The position numbers and the translations under genes are program-made. Source: Desulfobacterales bacterium (GTDB lineage Bacteria > Desulfobacterota > Desulfobacteria > Desulfobacterales > UBA2174). From it: a DNA stretch of 64,000 nt. This document shows positions 1-10,840 of this stretch, one piece after another (within the stretch, counting starts at the first letter, position 1; each line of letters begins with the position of its first letter). The DNA lies in contig CAXXWC010000015.1 of NCBI GenBank assembly GCA_963668645.2, forward strand, positions 64,001 through 128,000. Reading direction: 5' to 3'. The notes beneath the pieces are model-generated. The model did not search any database, was not told the DNA's origin, and was given only the letters and a program-made list of their open reading frames with translations.

Positions 1-163
1 CCACCAGGGCCCGCACCTCCGGGCAGCCTGGAGCCGTGCGGCCGGGAAAGGCCACCGCCAGCGTGTCCATCACCAGACGCTTGCAGCAGGCCACTGTGTT
101 GTCTGGCAGTTCATCGTATTTCGCCCCTGCCACATGATCGACGATTCTCTCTTCCAGTTTCAC
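1..163 (-). CDS. MmgE/PrpD family protein, N-terminal part (runs off window)
   Basis: Manual translation from GTG at 163 (GAGG upstream): MKLEERIVDHVAGAKYDELPDNTVACCKRLVMDTLAVAFPG, typical of the PrpD N-terminus. Confidence 0.7.
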   Translation of the reverse strand, partial: MKLEERIVDHVAGAKYDELPDNTVACCKRLVMDTLAVAFPGRTAPGCPEVRALV

Positions 164-208
164 CGGGCACCTCGTTTCAGTGGTAACGACCATGCAAAAA
201 TCCGGCGG

Positions 209-2137
209 TCATGCCGGCGACTTTAACGCCGGATTGGCGACGGTCACAGTTCTGCGGTTTTGGTTGATTTTTTTATAGGTTGCGAACGACAACACGATCA
301 GAAGACCGACGATATTTAAAAGCGTCTGCGGAAAAATCAGCAAGATACTTCCCGTGGCAAGCAACAGGCGTGCAGGAATTTTAATCTCGCCAAAGCAATA
401 CTTTTCCCAGGCCCAGCACAGCCCGATGATGGCGATAATCGAAAAAATGATACTCACTGCGATTTGACCAAAACTGCCTCTCAGAAGCAGCGCGTTGTTA
501 TAGACAAAAGCATAGGGAAAGATGATGATGGGAAACGCGATTCGCAGGGCCGTCAGCGATGTTTTCATCAGCGGTGTTTCGGCGATACCACAGGCCACGT
601 ATGCGTTTGGTGCCACAGGAGGGCTGATTTCGGCGATTACCGAAAAATAAAAAACAAACATATGGGCGGCAAAATCCCACACGCCCATCTGGATAAGGGC
701 CGGTGCCACGAGAATAGATAAAACGATATATGCTGCGACAGGCGGCACTCCCATGCCCAACACGATTGCCGCGATCATCGTCAGGACCAACAAAACGAAA
801 AGGTTCCCACCCGACAGCCGTATCAAAATACTCGAAATCATCAGTCCGAGGCCGGTAAAATCGACCAATCCGACGGCGATGCTGGCGGCCGACAGGATGG
901 CGATGACCGAAAGCGCGCTGAGGCTGCCATCGCGCAACGATTCCAGTATCGTCTTGAGGCTCATACGCGTCGATTTTTTGATGCCCGCGGCAAAGGGAAT
1001 CGAGATACAAGCAAAGAACGAGGCACGGATGATGGTGTACTGGAAGGCGAGAAGAACGACGAGTACGAGGGGCGGAAGAAAGAAATTCCATCCCTTTTTG
1101 ACGACCTCAAGTGTTTTCGGCAGTTCACTTTTCGGCTTGCCCAAAAGATTGTAGCGCATGGCGCGTAAATCCGTCATGAGAAACACGGCAAGATAAAAAA
1201 ACACCGCCAGAGTGAGGGCCCGCTCCATGATCACCATATACGGGACTCCCAGGATGGCCATCATAACAAAGACGGCGCTTCCCATGATGGGCGGCATGAT
1301 CAGCCCACCGGAACCCGCCGTTGCCACCAGGGCCGCGGCAAAATAAGGCTGGTAACCTTCCTGCTTCATGATGGGGATCGTCATGTTGCCGGTAGCTGCC
1401 GTATTGGCAACCCCGCTTCCTGAAATCATACCGAAAAGGCTGCTCGCTATGATCGCCACCTTGGCAGTGCCGCCCCTGAGATGGCCCGCGAGGCTATTGG
1501 CAAAATCCATAAAGAATTTACCGGCACCGGATTTGTTGTAAAGCACACCGAAGAGGATCAACAAATAGATGAATGTCGCCGATATGCCCGTCAACGAACC
1601 ATAAAGGCCTTCGGTTTTCAGCGTCATACTGTAGATGATTCTGTCGATGGGGTAGTTTTTGTGGGAAAAAATCCCAGGCATGACTTCGCCGAATACGGCA
1701 AAGAAAAATATCAAAATCACCATGGAAGGCAAAACACCGCCGATCACCCGCCTGGCACCTTCCAGGGTCAGGAAAAGCATTATGGCACCCAATACGAGAT
1801 CATGCACCGGCAGCTTCAGCCCGATCAGCCCCAGCCGCTCGTCCCAAGTCAGCAGAAGATAAACTGATATGGCAAGATATATCAGTGCGAGGATTACACC
1901 GAAGGGTTTTACCGTCTCTTTTCTTTTTTGCTTTCTAAAATCGTAATAGAGAAAAATAGTAACATAGCCGATCATCAAATGTATAATCCGCTGGTCCATC
2001 GCCTGCATCTGAAAATATCCGGTATAGAGCTGGAACAGTGCCAGGAGCAGGGCAAGAGCATTGATCAGCCGCTCATTGAACGTATCTCCCAGCACTTGGG
2101 CGAGCGTATTTTTAAACGTTTGCATCAGCGTCTCCAA
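209..2137 (-). CDS. TRAP transporter fused 4TM/12TM permease (TAXI-associated)
   Basis: 642 aa, highly hydrophobic; motifs GMISGSGVAN, MPPIMG, GMGVP, ISPPVA; follows a TAXI binding protein. Confidence 0.9.
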   Translation of the reverse strand: METLMQTFKNTLAQVLGDTFNERLINALALLLALFQLYTGYFQMQAMDQRIIHLMIGYVTIFLYYDFRKQKRKETVKPFGVILALIYLAISVYLLLTWDERLGLIGLKLPVHDLVLGAIMLFLTLEGARRVIGGVLPSMVILIFFFAVFGEVMPGIFSHKNYPIDRIIYSMTLKTEGLYGSLTGISATFIYLLILFGVLYNKSGAGKFFMDFANSLAGHLRGGTAKVAIIASSLFGMISGSGVANTAATGNMTIPIMKQEGYQPYFAAALVATAGSGGLIMPPIMGSAVFVMMAILGVPYMVIMERALTLAVFFYLAVFLMTDLRAMRYNLLGKPKSELPKTLEVVKKGWNFFLPPLVLVVLLAFQYTIIRASFFACISIPFAAGIKKSTRMSLKTILESLRDGSLSALSVIAILSAASIAVGLVDFTGLGLMISSILIRLSGGNLFVLLVLTMIAAIVLGMGVPPVAAYIVLSILVAPALIQMGVWDFAAHMFVFYFSVIAEISPPVAPNAYVACGIAETPLMKTSLTALRIAFPIIIFPYAFVYNNALLLRGSFGQIAVSIIFSIIAIIGLCWAWEKYCFGEIKIPARLLLATGSILLIFPQTLLNIVGLLIVLSFATYKKINQNRRTVTVANPALKSPA

Positions 2138-2313
2138 TCGTTTTCAGGTACTATTTTTATGAGACTTTTACGGGTCGTCTTCGTGACAATCTTCCTTCCC
2201 GGATTCGCCGGATGAGCATAAATCAGCCACTAAAGTGCAATTCGTGGTCGAGGAGCACTTTCCATAACTGGCGACAAATCTGCGATCATCACATTTGCCG
2301 TCACCGAGGTATT

Positions 2314-3348
2314 TTATTTTTTGTATATCCCCTTTTCCTTGAAGTATCTGATTGCCCCGGGATGAATGTCGACACCATCGGACTCTGCGCCGGCCAACGC
2401 ATTTTCGAGGGTCCAGAGGGCGGCCTGGGGATGGATCTGATTTCTTTCCGTATCATGGTCATAAACGGCCTTTACGATTTTATAGACCACCTCTTCGGGC
2501 AGATCCTTACGGCAGATCAAGCGCTGCCGAATTGTATAGGATTTGATATCATGATCCTGGCGGTTGTAAGTCCCGGCCGGAATAGTGATCGGCATAAAGT
2601 ACGGTTTGGACGAAATGAGCTTTTTCAGTATCGGATCGGAAATTTCCAGAAAACGGACTTTATGGGTCGTGCACAAATCGAGAACCGTGGCAATCGGAAA
2701 TCCGGCCGCAATCAAACCCGCATCGATTGTCCCCTCTTTGAGGCCGCGCACGATCTCGCCAAACGAATAGTAGACCGGGGTATAGTCGGTGTCCGGTTTC
2801 AGCCCGAAACCGGCATCGAGCGTCGTAATGGAATAAAGCCGTAAAGTGGCGCTGCCCTGGGGACCGACGCCGACCCTCTTGCCCTTCAGGTCAGAAAGCT
2901 GGTTGATTCCCGAATTGGCCAGCGTCAACCAATGTGCGTCGCTACGATGGCCTACCGAAATTAAGGCGACATTGCTCAAATCAAGTTTTTCTTTTTCCTC
3001 CAAATACTTCAGCGTACCGCCGCAGGTCAGCCCGAGATCCATTTCACCGGTCGCCACAAGCCTCGCATTTTCAAAGGCTGCCGCCGTGGATTGGGCGGTG
3101 ATTTGGATCTCCGGATAGTACTTGTTCACCAGATTGGCGAAACCGGCCCCGAGATAGTAATAGGTACCGGCGCTACTGCCGGTCCCCATGGCCAGGTGCA
3201 CCTTTTCCGGCGCCTTCTTAGCGCCGGACTTTCCGTTTTCTGCCTGATTCTCCTTCGATGAGCAGCCCAGCACCAAGACACAAAAAATCATGATGAGCAT
3301 GGCTGAAATCGTTACGCATTTTCTTCCCGACCGCTTCAGATTACGCAT
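2314..3348 (-). CDS. TAXI-family TRAP solute-binding lipoprotein
   Basis: Lipobox-like VLGC; TGSSAGTYY, DLKGKRVGVG and IHPGAIRYFKE motifs. Confidence 0.9.
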   Translation of the reverse strand: MRNLKRSGRKCVTISAMLIMIFCVLVLGCSSKENQAENGKSGAKKAPEKVHLAMGTGSSAGTYYYLGAGFANLVNKYYPEIQITAQSTAAAFENARLVATGEMDLGLTCGGTLKYLEEKEKLDLSNVALISVGHRSDAHWLTLANSGINQLSDLKGKRVGVGPQGSATLRLYSITTLDAGFGLKPDTDYTPVYYSFGEIVRGLKEGTIDAGLIAAGFPIATVLDLCTTHKVRFLEISDPILKKLISSKPYFMPITIPAGTYNRQDHDIKSYTIRQRLICRKDLPEEVVYKIVKAVYDHDTERNQIHPQAALWTLENALAGAESDGVDIHPGAIRYFKEKGIYKK

Positions 3349-3589
3349 TTGAATTCTCCCTATTATTGTTATTACCGCTTATGCAGCAGCAAGGCCCCGG
3401 AGAAGAACGGCTGCAAATCTGCTCTCCCCGTCTCGCCTGCGTGCCAACAGATTAACCACTTGTTATTATAAGTGATAAAATATATCGCCAGCAAAGAGCA
3501 AACCCAGGGACGATGCGCCGTGTCTTGCTGAAAGATTCAAACCAATCCATGTGCAAAAGCTTTCTTAAAAGTAATATTTAAAGGACTAA

Positions 3590-3621
3590 TGTATAATGTC
3601 AGACCACTTGAAGCCTGTCAA
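3590..3621 (-). promoter_or_regulatory. Putative sigma70 promoter of the TAXI operon with overlapping GntR-type operator
   Basis: Minus strand TTGACA-17 nt-CATTAT, overlapping TGGTCTGACA (FadR-subfamily-like site); GntR gene adjacent. Confidence 0.45.
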
Positions 3622-3838
3622 GAAAGATTTTTGTCGGCTCGCAATACAGCCCGAAATAAAAGACAACACATTGTAATAACAGATTAAAAACTTATCTCGC
3701 CGACAGGATGACCCATTGCGACAAACGAGGTGTCAAGAGAACGGAATACCTTTTCAGGGCATTTTGAAGGACATGGGAACAGACTGGAAATAAAGCAGGA
3801 AACAGCGGAGCAAAAATAAAGCCAGCGAATCCGGACCG

Positions 3839-4618
3839 TCATTCCAACGAAAAGTCGTTATCCTGACGGATACGCGTGTCCATAACAGCCTTGTCGAATA
3901 TTTCCGGTGCGGAGTGGGAATAGGCCCGGTATGTTTCCAATAGATGCTGCCTCGACTTCTCGAAGGCTCGAGCCGGGTCCTGCTTGACAATCGCGTCCAG
4001 GATATCGCGATGTTCATCGATGAATTTCTGGATCGTCTCGCGGGGCAAGGTGGTACTGGTGGAATTGATGATGATTGACGAATATGCCTGAGTTATCGAT
4101 TCAGTGATGTAGACGATAATTGGATTTTTTGTGATTTTAGATACTTCACAATGAAAGGAAACGTTTCGAAGCCGGGCTTCCCTCCTTGATTCGCCTGCAA
4201 GCCGTTCGGCGGATTCCAGAAGCATGTGCAGGTGCTTGACGTCATCAGCGGTTCGGTATTTTGCGGCGATCTGTGCTGCGCGGGGTTCAATGTACAGGCG
4301 GGCATCGATGAGGTGGGAATAGTCTATACAGCCCATGCGGATCAGGTTATGAAAATTCTCGGTGATGGTATCGGATGAGGGTTCAGAGACGTAGGCGCCT
4401 CCGGCTTTGCCTCTTTTGATGGTAATAAGACCACTGCTTTGAAGATTGCGCAGGGCCTCACGGATCGTCACCCGGCTAACTTGAAACTGTTCCACCAATT
4501 CGCGTTCCGATGGAATCTTTTCCCCCTGTTTGAAAACCTCATCGTGTATCGATTGCTTTATCGCCCGTACAACCTCCTGTGATAACAGGGGTTTTTTGAG
4601 AGAACGAAAATCGTTCAT
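3839..4618 (-). CDS. GntR/FadR-family transcriptional regulator (FCD domain)
   Basis: IPSERELVEQFQVSRVTIREAL HTH; C-terminal FH...NP...EH motifs. Confidence 0.92.
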   Translation of the reverse strand: MNDFRSLKKPLLSQEVVRAIKQSIHDEVFKQGEKIPSERELVEQFQVSRVTIREALRNLQSSGLITIKRGKAGGAYVSEPSSDTITENFHNLIRMGCIDYSHLIDARLYIEPRAAQIAAKYRTADDVKHLHMLLESAERLAGESRREARLRNVSFHCEVSKITKNPIIVYITESITQAYSSIIINSTSTTLPRETIQKFIDEHRDILDAIVKQDPARAFEKSRQHLLETYRAYSHSAPEIFDKAVMDTRIRQDNDFSLE

Positions 4619-5448
4619 ACGGCACTCCTCATGAAATCATAAAACTGACATGACTACCAAAGACTGATGGCCATGCCAAGCGATAATTGCCAAAGCGATT
4701 CCGTTCAGAGTCTAATTTCTGGACCATTCCCGATTCGAGCACTCCCCATCCGATAGACGGCATAGGGGCAGGCAAAGCCGAAATTTCTCCGGTATGGGAC
4801 GAAATCGCCGATGGGAGTGTACCCACAAAGTCAGTTTACAGGTACCGCATCCGGCTCAACTTCTGTAAGTACAGGGGCACTTTTTGTATTTCGTGTCTGT
4901 CCGGAAACGGCATCTCCCGGCCTCCGGCGGGGTTCTGGCGCGTTTAAAAATCCTCGAAATAGCAGACCATGCCTCCTATTGAAAACGCGCTCGGGCCTGG
5001 CCAGGAACAAAAATCTACCATTTCCGGGTGGGTACCATTTCTGTGGCGAGGCCTGCAGCAACGCCAAATTTCTGGTATTCCAATATAATCACGCCTTTCA
5101 TCGATAAATCAACAGAAAAAAAATTACCCCCAGCCGACAAAGCCCCCCGAACGCCTTCCGGTTAGGCTCTGCCGATCCTTGATTGCCAATTAAAGTCCCC
5201 CATTGGCTGATAGAAGGTTTACTCCCGAGGCCGGATCGTGTCCGATGGAATGCCCTTCTCCGTTCGTCAATGACGTTGATCTATATCAATATAACAGCCC
5301 CGCAAATACCTGGTTCGGCAACCCATAACGATGCAACGGCGCAATGTTGGCCCAAATGGCCTCACTTCTGGGTTACCACATCATATTTCGAAATATTGTT
5401 AATAGATCAAAACATTCGCTTCATATTGCCGGCAGTGGCACCCCTGGG

Positions 5449-5477
5449 TTGACACATCCGGATGGATCTTCTAAAAG
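5449..5477 (+). promoter_or_regulatory. Putative sigma70 promoter of the ABC operon containing a CATCCGGATG palindrome
   Basis: TTGACA-17 nt-TAAAAG with a perfect 10-bp palindrome in the spacer. Confidence 0.4.
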
Positions 5478-5538
5478 GTTAGTATTGACTATCGCCATTC
5501 TTTTAGCCTCATTCAAATAATCCATTTTATATTACACT

Positions 5539-6405
5539 ATGAAATCAGATGCCTGGAAGCCTTGGGCGCTGCTCTCACCGTCTCTCAGCGCCGTTTTTTT
5601 TCTGCTCGTCATACCGGTCTGCTTCGTGGTGGTCTACAGCTTCTGGCTGCGGGCCCCGAGCGGCGCGGACATCCCGGCCTTTCAGTTCGCCAATTACGCC
5701 AAATTTTTTGAGGATTTCTTCTATCCCAGCATCCTGCTGCGCACCATCCGCATCTCCTGCGAGACCGTGCTGCTCTGCGTGGTGATGGGCTACATCCCTG
5801 CCTATTTTTTCTATCGCAGCGAAAGCCGCTTCAAGCAGTTTTACCTGCTGCTGATCATGCTCCCCTTCTGGGTAAGCTTCATCATCCGCACCATGAGCTG
5901 GATCAACATCATGGGCGACAGCGGACTGATCAACCATTTCCTGCTGCACATCGGGGTCATCGAAACGCCGATCTCCATGCTCTACAACGAGGGCACGGTG
6001 CTCATGGGACTGCTCATGTACCTGCTGCCCTTCATGGTGCTGAACATCTACGTCAGCCTGGAAGGGATCGACAAGAGCCTGCTCGAGGCGGCCCGCTCCA
6101 TGGGGTGCACCGAATGGCAGGCCTTCAGGGAGGTCACCCTGCCGCTGAGCCTGCCGGGGGTCAGCGCCGGCTGCCTGCTGGTCTTCGTGCTGACGGCCGG
6201 CACCTACCTGCCGCCCATGATCCTGGGCGGGCCGGGCAACGACATGATCGCCAACCTGATCTTCAAACGGGTCATCGGCACCCTCGACTGGCCCTTCGGC
6301 TCGGCCATCAGCGTGATCCTGCTTTCACTGCTGTTTGTCATCGTCTGGACCTACAACCGCTATCTGGGCATCAACCAGATCTTCAAGAGCTTCAAGGGGA
6401 GCTAG
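5539..6405 (+). CDS. PotB-like ABC permease
   Basis: LPFWVS, EAARSMG (EAA loop), LPLSLPG motifs. Confidence 0.9.
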   Translation: MKSDAWKPWALLSPSLSAVFFLLVIPVCFVVVYSFWLRAPSGADIPAFQFANYAKFFEDFFYPSILLRTIRISCETVLLCVVMGYIPAYFFYRSESRFKQFYLLLIMLPFWVSFIIRTMSWINIMGDSGLINHFLLHIGVIETPISMLYNEGTVLMGLLMYLLPFMVLNIYVSLEGIDKSLLEAARSMGCTEWQAFREVTLPLSLPGVSAGCLLVFVLTAGTYLPPMILGGPGNDMIANLIFKRVIGTLDWPFGSAISVILLSLLFVIVWTYNRYLGINQIFKSFKGS

Positions 6406-6408
6406 GTC

Positions 6409-7206
6409 ATGAGCCGTTTTTCACCGGGCTGGACCCTGATCCGCATCTACACCTTCCTGGTGTACGTTTTCATGTTCGCGCCCATCGTGGTGGTCATCGT
6501 GCTGGCCTTCAATCCCCAGCAGTTCGGCATCTTTCCCATGGAGGGGGTCAGCCTGCGCTGGTTCATCCGCCTGGCCCAGAACGAATCGATCCTCGAGGCC
6601 TTCAGAAACTCGCTCATCCTCGGCTCTCTGACCGCCGTGATTTCCACCGCTTTCGGCGTCATGGCGGCCATGGCCTTCATCCGCTTCGAGTTTCCCGGCA
6701 AAAACACCCTCAACACCTTGCTGCTCTCGCCCATCATGATCCCCGAGGTGGTCCTGGGCGTCTCCCTGCTGCTATTTTTGCGCTGGCTGCAGCAGCCCAA
6801 GAGTTTCGTCCTGCTGCTCACTGGCCACGTGGTGCTGACCCTGCCCTACGTGCTGCTCATCGTGCAGGCCCGCCTGGTAGGCATCCGCAAGGAATACGAA
6901 GAAGCGGCTAAGAGCCTCGGGGCCAACGCCCTTCAGACCTTCCGCGAAGTCACCTTCCCGTTGCTGCTGCCGGCGATTCTGGCCGGGGCACTGTTCGCGT
7001 TTACCATCTCGTTTGACGACATCACCGCCACCCTGTTCTGGGCCACGGCCCGCAACCAGACGGTGCCGGTGAAAATCTTCAGCATGCTGCGCAACTCCAT
7101 CAGCCCGGAAATCAACGCCCTGGGAGCGGTCATGATCGTGCTCACCGTAGCCACGCCCCTTCTGGCCGGCTACCTCTCGCGCCGATTTTCCAAAATCAGG
7201 GAATGA
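6409..7206 (+). CDS. PotC-like ABC permease
   Basis: EEAAKSLGA, FTISFDD, PEINAL motifs. Confidence 0.9.
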   Translation: MSRFSPGWTLIRIYTFLVYVFMFAPIVVVIVLAFNPQQFGIFPMEGVSLRWFIRLAQNESILEAFRNSLILGSLTAVISTAFGVMAAMAFIRFEFPGKNTLNTLLLSPIMIPEVVLGVSLLLFLRWLQQPKSFVLLLTGHVVLTLPYVLLIVQARLVGIRKEYEEAAKSLGANALQTFREVTFPLLLPAILAGALFAFTISFDDITATLFWATARNQTVPVKIFSMLRNSISPEINALGAVMIVLTVATPLLAGYLSRRFSKIRE

Positions 7207-7241
7207 TCCAACAACCCTTAACCGAACCGAAAGGAGTCCCC

Positions 7242-8405
7242 ATGGCTAAAATCACCACAGACCAACTGGATCGGGTGTACGAAGACTACCGCGAAGGCCG
7301 CATCGACAGGCGCCGCTTTCTCAAGGTGCTGACCCTTGCCGGCGCGTCCCTGGGCCTTGTTGGCGGGCCCTTCGGATACGCGGTGCGCAATGCCTGGGCC
7401 GCCAAGTCGATCCGTTTCGACGGCTGGGGCGGATCGGTTTCCGAGGCCTTCCGTGAGCATGCCTTCAAGCCTTTTACCAAGGCCACCGGCATCGAGGTCG
7501 TCGACGGCGAGTTCGGCGACATGAACACCTACCTGACCCGGGTCAAGGCCTCCTTTCCGCCCGGCGGCGAATTCAACATCGCCCATCTGAGCGCCGTGTT
7601 CGACTACGCCCGCTACACCGACCTCGGGTTCTCGTCTGTGCTCGACGAGGCCAAGATCCCCAACCTGAAGAACGTCATGGACTCGATGATCCAGCCGCTG
7701 CGCGAGATCACCAAGGGAACCTTGTCGGCGGTGCCCTACGATCTTGGCCAAACCGGCATCGCCTACAACACCAAACACATCAGCAAGGAAAAGGCCGAAA
7801 AGCTCGGCGCCTCGCTGCTCTGGGACAAGTCCCTTTCCGGCAAGCTGGGAAGCTGGGGCGGCGATTTCCGCACCAACATGTGGTATGCGGCCCTGCACAC
7901 CGGCCAGAGCCCCAACAACATCACCGACCTCAAGGCGGTCTGGGATGCGCTGCGCGAACAGCGCTCCATGATCAAGAAGTACTGGGGCTCGGGGGCCGAG
8001 CTGATGAGCCTGATGGCCAACGAGGAGATCTACGCTACGGTCGGCTGGTCGGGCCGGGTGGCGGCCCTGCAGCAGGAAGGCCATCCCATCGGCTATCTTT
8101 CGCCCAAGGGGACCTACTCGTGGATGGAATACCTCTTCGTGCTCAAGGGCACGGACCTTGAGGTGGCCCAGAAGCTGCTCAACTTCATGCTCGAACCCTC
8201 GTGCTCCATTGCGGTGGCAGAAGGCCAGAACTACCCGCCCAGCCTCGATCCTTCCAAGGTCACCATGACAGAGAAGATCAAGAAGATGCCGGCCTTCGAT
8301 CCCACCGGCAAGCTGGACGGCTACCTGTTCGCCAAACCGGCCTACTGGAATTCTCACCAGGTGGAATGGACCGAAAAGTGGGACCGGATCAAGGCCGGAG
8401 CCTGA
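7242..8405 (+). CDS. PotD-like extracellular solute-binding protein with Tat signal
   Basis: ATG after AAGGAG; DRRRFLK twin-arginine motif; GWGG, FTKATGIEV, WSGR motifs. Confidence 0.88.
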   Translation: MAKITTDQLDRVYEDYREGRIDRRRFLKVLTLAGASLGLVGGPFGYAVRNAWAAKSIRFDGWGGSVSEAFREHAFKPFTKATGIEVVDGEFGDMNTYLTRVKASFPPGGEFNIAHLSAVFDYARYTDLGFSSVLDEAKIPNLKNVMDSMIQPLREITKGTLSAVPYDLGQTGIAYNTKHISKEKAEKLGASLLWDKSLSGKLGSWGGDFRTNMWYAALHTGQSPNNITDLKAVWDALREQRSMIKKYWGSGAELMSLMANEEIYATVGWSGRVAALQQEGHPIGYLSPKGTYSWMEYLFVLKGTDLEVAQKLLNFMLEPSCSIAVAEGQNYPPSLDPSKVTMTEKIKKMPAFDPTGKLDGYLFAKPAYWNSHQVEWTEKWDRIKAGA

Positions 8406-8564
8406 CTGCCCGTGGATAAACGGCAAATAAGTTGAAGGCCCCAGGTTGCGGGTGATCATGGAGGCTAAAGCCGGTGGCCCACCGTTGCCGGCACCGCTCA
8501 TCAAGATGTGAATGGACCAGATCCCCGGCTTTAGCCTACCCGCAGCTCCCGCTCACACGATACA

Positions 8565-9689
8565 ATGGAAGGTATAGCCGTTTTGCAAGACCGATCTGCC
8601 AACCCCATGCTGCAATTCAAAGGACTGACAAAACGTTTCGGCAATGTCACGGCCGTTGCCCCCACCGACCTGGACATCGAGGAGGGCACCCTGGTGACCT
8701 TGCTGGGCCCCTCGGGCTGCGGCAAAACCACCATGCTGCGAATGGTGGCCGGCCTGGAGCCTCCCAGTGGAGGCGACATCCTGATCCGGGGCCGGCGGAT
8801 CAACGACACGCCCATCCACAAGCGCAACCTCGGCATGATCTTCCAGAACTACGCCCTTTTTCCCCACAAGACGATCTTCGACAACGTGGCCTTCGGCCTC
8901 AAGTACCGCCAGGTGCCGCGGGCCGAAATCGAGGGCAAGGTCAAACGCGCGCTGGAGATGGTGCGCCTGCCCGGGGTGGAACAGCGCCGCCCGGCCCAGC
9001 TCTCCGGGGGCCAGCAGCAGCGCATCGCGCTGGCCCGGGCCATCGTCATCGAACCGGACGTGTTGCTGATGGACGAACCGCTGTCGGCTCTGGACGAAAA
9101 CCTGCGCGAGGACATGCGCCGCGAGATCGACAGCCTGCAGCAGCTCATCGGGGTGACCACCATCTTCGTCACCCACGACCAGCGTGAAGCTTTGAGCATG
9201 TCCGACAAGATCGTGGTGATCAAGGACGGGCGCATCCAGCAGTCGGGCACCCCTCAGGAGGTTTACAACCGGCCGGCCAACCACTTCGTAGCCGATTTTC
9301 TCGGCCATTCCAACTTCATGGCCGGCACCATCGAGGGCGCGGAAAACGACCGGGTGGTGGTACGGCTCGACAACGGCACCGTGCTGCGCGTGCGCGCCGA
9401 AGCGGCGTTGCGCAAAGGGGCTCGCGTCGAGGCCGTGGTCCGGGCCCAGCGCTTCGAGGTTTTCCACCAGGAAGAATGCCGTACCCTGCAAGACAAGGCC
9501 AACCGCTTCAAGGGCATCATCAGGGACCGCAGCTACATGGGCGGGGAGGTGAACTACTACGTGGAAATCGCCGACGGCAGCGAGCTGCATGTCATCAGCA
9601 TGATGCGCACGCGGTTGCTGCACACCGGCGCCCCGGTCTGCCTCCAGGTGGCGCCCAGACACTGCCACCTGCTACCGCTGGAGGCGTAA
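8565..9689 (+). CDS. PotA-like ABC ATPase (TOBE C-terminus)
   Basis: GPSGCGKTT, LSGGQQQR, LMDEPLSALD; start may instead be 8607. Confidence 0.93.
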   Translation: MEGIAVLQDRSANPMLQFKGLTKRFGNVTAVAPTDLDIEEGTLVTLLGPSGCGKTTMLRMVAGLEPPSGGDILIRGRRINDTPIHKRNLGMIFQNYALFPHKTIFDNVAFGLKYRQVPRAEIEGKVKRALEMVRLPGVEQRRPAQLSGGQQQRIALARAIVIEPDVLLMDEPLSALDENLREDMRREIDSLQQLIGVTTIFVTHDQREALSMSDKIVVIKDGRIQQSGTPQEVYNRPANHFVADFLGHSNFMAGTIEGAENDRVVVRLDNGTVLRVRAEAALRKGARVEAVVRAQRFEVFHQEECRTLQDKANRFKGIIRDRSYMGGEVNYYVEIADGSELHVISMMRTRLLHTGAPVCLQVAPRHCHLLPLEA

Positions 9690-10732
9690 TGAAGACGACC
9701 GAACCGTCCCTGGACCGATTGGCGGCCAGCCTCGGGGCACCCATCACCACCATCGACTCGCACACCGCCGGCGAACGCACCCGCCTGATCGTGGCGGGCA
9801 CACCGGCCCTGGCCGGCGCGACCATGGCGGCCAAACGGGATGATTTTCGCAGTCGTTGCGATTACCTGCGCCGGCGCCTGCTCCATGAGCCGCGCGGCGA
9901 CGGCAAGCTGCTGGCGGCCCTGGTCACCGAACCGGTGAGCCCGGGAGCGGCCTTCGGACTGATCTACATGGACGGCCGCCGCTATCCCTACCTTTGCGGC
10001 CATGCCACCATCGGGGCCGTGGCGACCTTCATCCAGGCCGGCTGGATCACGGCCGAAGCCCCGGAAACCACGGTGGTGGTGGACACCCCCTCGGGGCCGA
10101 TGACGGCCCGCGCCCGCATCGACGGCGGCAGGGTCGTGTCCGTGGCCATCCGGGCCGTGCCCTCCTTTGTCTACGCCGTGGACCAGCCCCTCAGCGTGCC
10201 GGGGGTCGGTGACCTGCGGGTGGAGACCGTCTGCGTGGGCGGGTTTTTCGTCATGGTCCCCGCCGGCCAGCTCCCCGTCCCCCCGGACGTGCGGCGCCAC
10301 GGCCGCGAGCTGGTGGACATGGGCATGGCGATCATCGCCGCGGCCAACCAACAGCTCACCGTGCGCCACCCGCTGCGGCCAGAAGTGCGCACCGTGGACG
10401 TGGTCAAGATCTACGACCCTGCCGGCCACGACGGCGCCACCGGACGCGGGGTGGTAATCTATGGCGAAGGCCAGGTCGACCGCTCGCCCTGCGGCACCGG
10501 TACGGCCGCCATCTGCACCCTCCTGCACCACCGCGGCGAGTTGGCCGTCGGGCAGCCGTTTACCTCCCTTAGCCCCATCGACACCCGCTTTACGGCCCGC
10601 GTCGCGGCCGAAGTCACCGTGGGCGATCTTGCCGGAGTCGAGGTGGAGATCGAAGGCGCGGCCCACATCACCGGCATCCACCGCTTCGTGCTCGATCCCC
10701 ACGATCCCCTGCCAGATGGGTTTCTCCTCTAG
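9689..10732 (+). CDS. Proline racemase / hydroxyproline epimerase family (Cys/Cys type)
   Basis: TAATG overlap with the ATPase; DSHTAGE, EPRG, LCGH, DRSPCGTG motifs. Confidence 0.88.
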   Translation: MKTTEPSLDRLAASLGAPITTIDSHTAGERTRLIVAGTPALAGATMAAKRDDFRSRCDYLRRRLLHEPRGDGKLLAALVTEPVSPGAAFGLIYMDGRRYPYLCGHATIGAVATFIQAGWITAEAPETTVVVDTPSGPMTARARIDGGRVVSVAIRAVPSFVYAVDQPLSVPGVGDLRVETVCVGGFFVMVPAGQLPVPPDVRRHGRELVDMGMAIIAAANQQLTVRHPLRPEVRTVDVVKIYDPAGHDGATGRGVVIYGEGQVDRSPCGTGTAAICTLLHHRGELAVGQPFTSLSPIDTRFTARVAAEVTVGDLAGVEVEIEGAAHITGIHRFVLDPHDPLPDGFLL

Positions 10733-10840
10733 TCCAGGCATCAATCCGGCTTTGCCTTTTGGATCGTCGAAAGGTATGCACAGTCTTGTTCGGGTTGACA
10801 CGGGCAGACCGCCGACCTCGCTTATCGAAAGGACTTGCGC

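Noticed and set aside
4834..4913. 25-aa minus-strand small ORF (MPFPDRHEIQK...) with a GGAG upstream
   Set aside because: No compositional bias, motif or linked terminator; likely chance.
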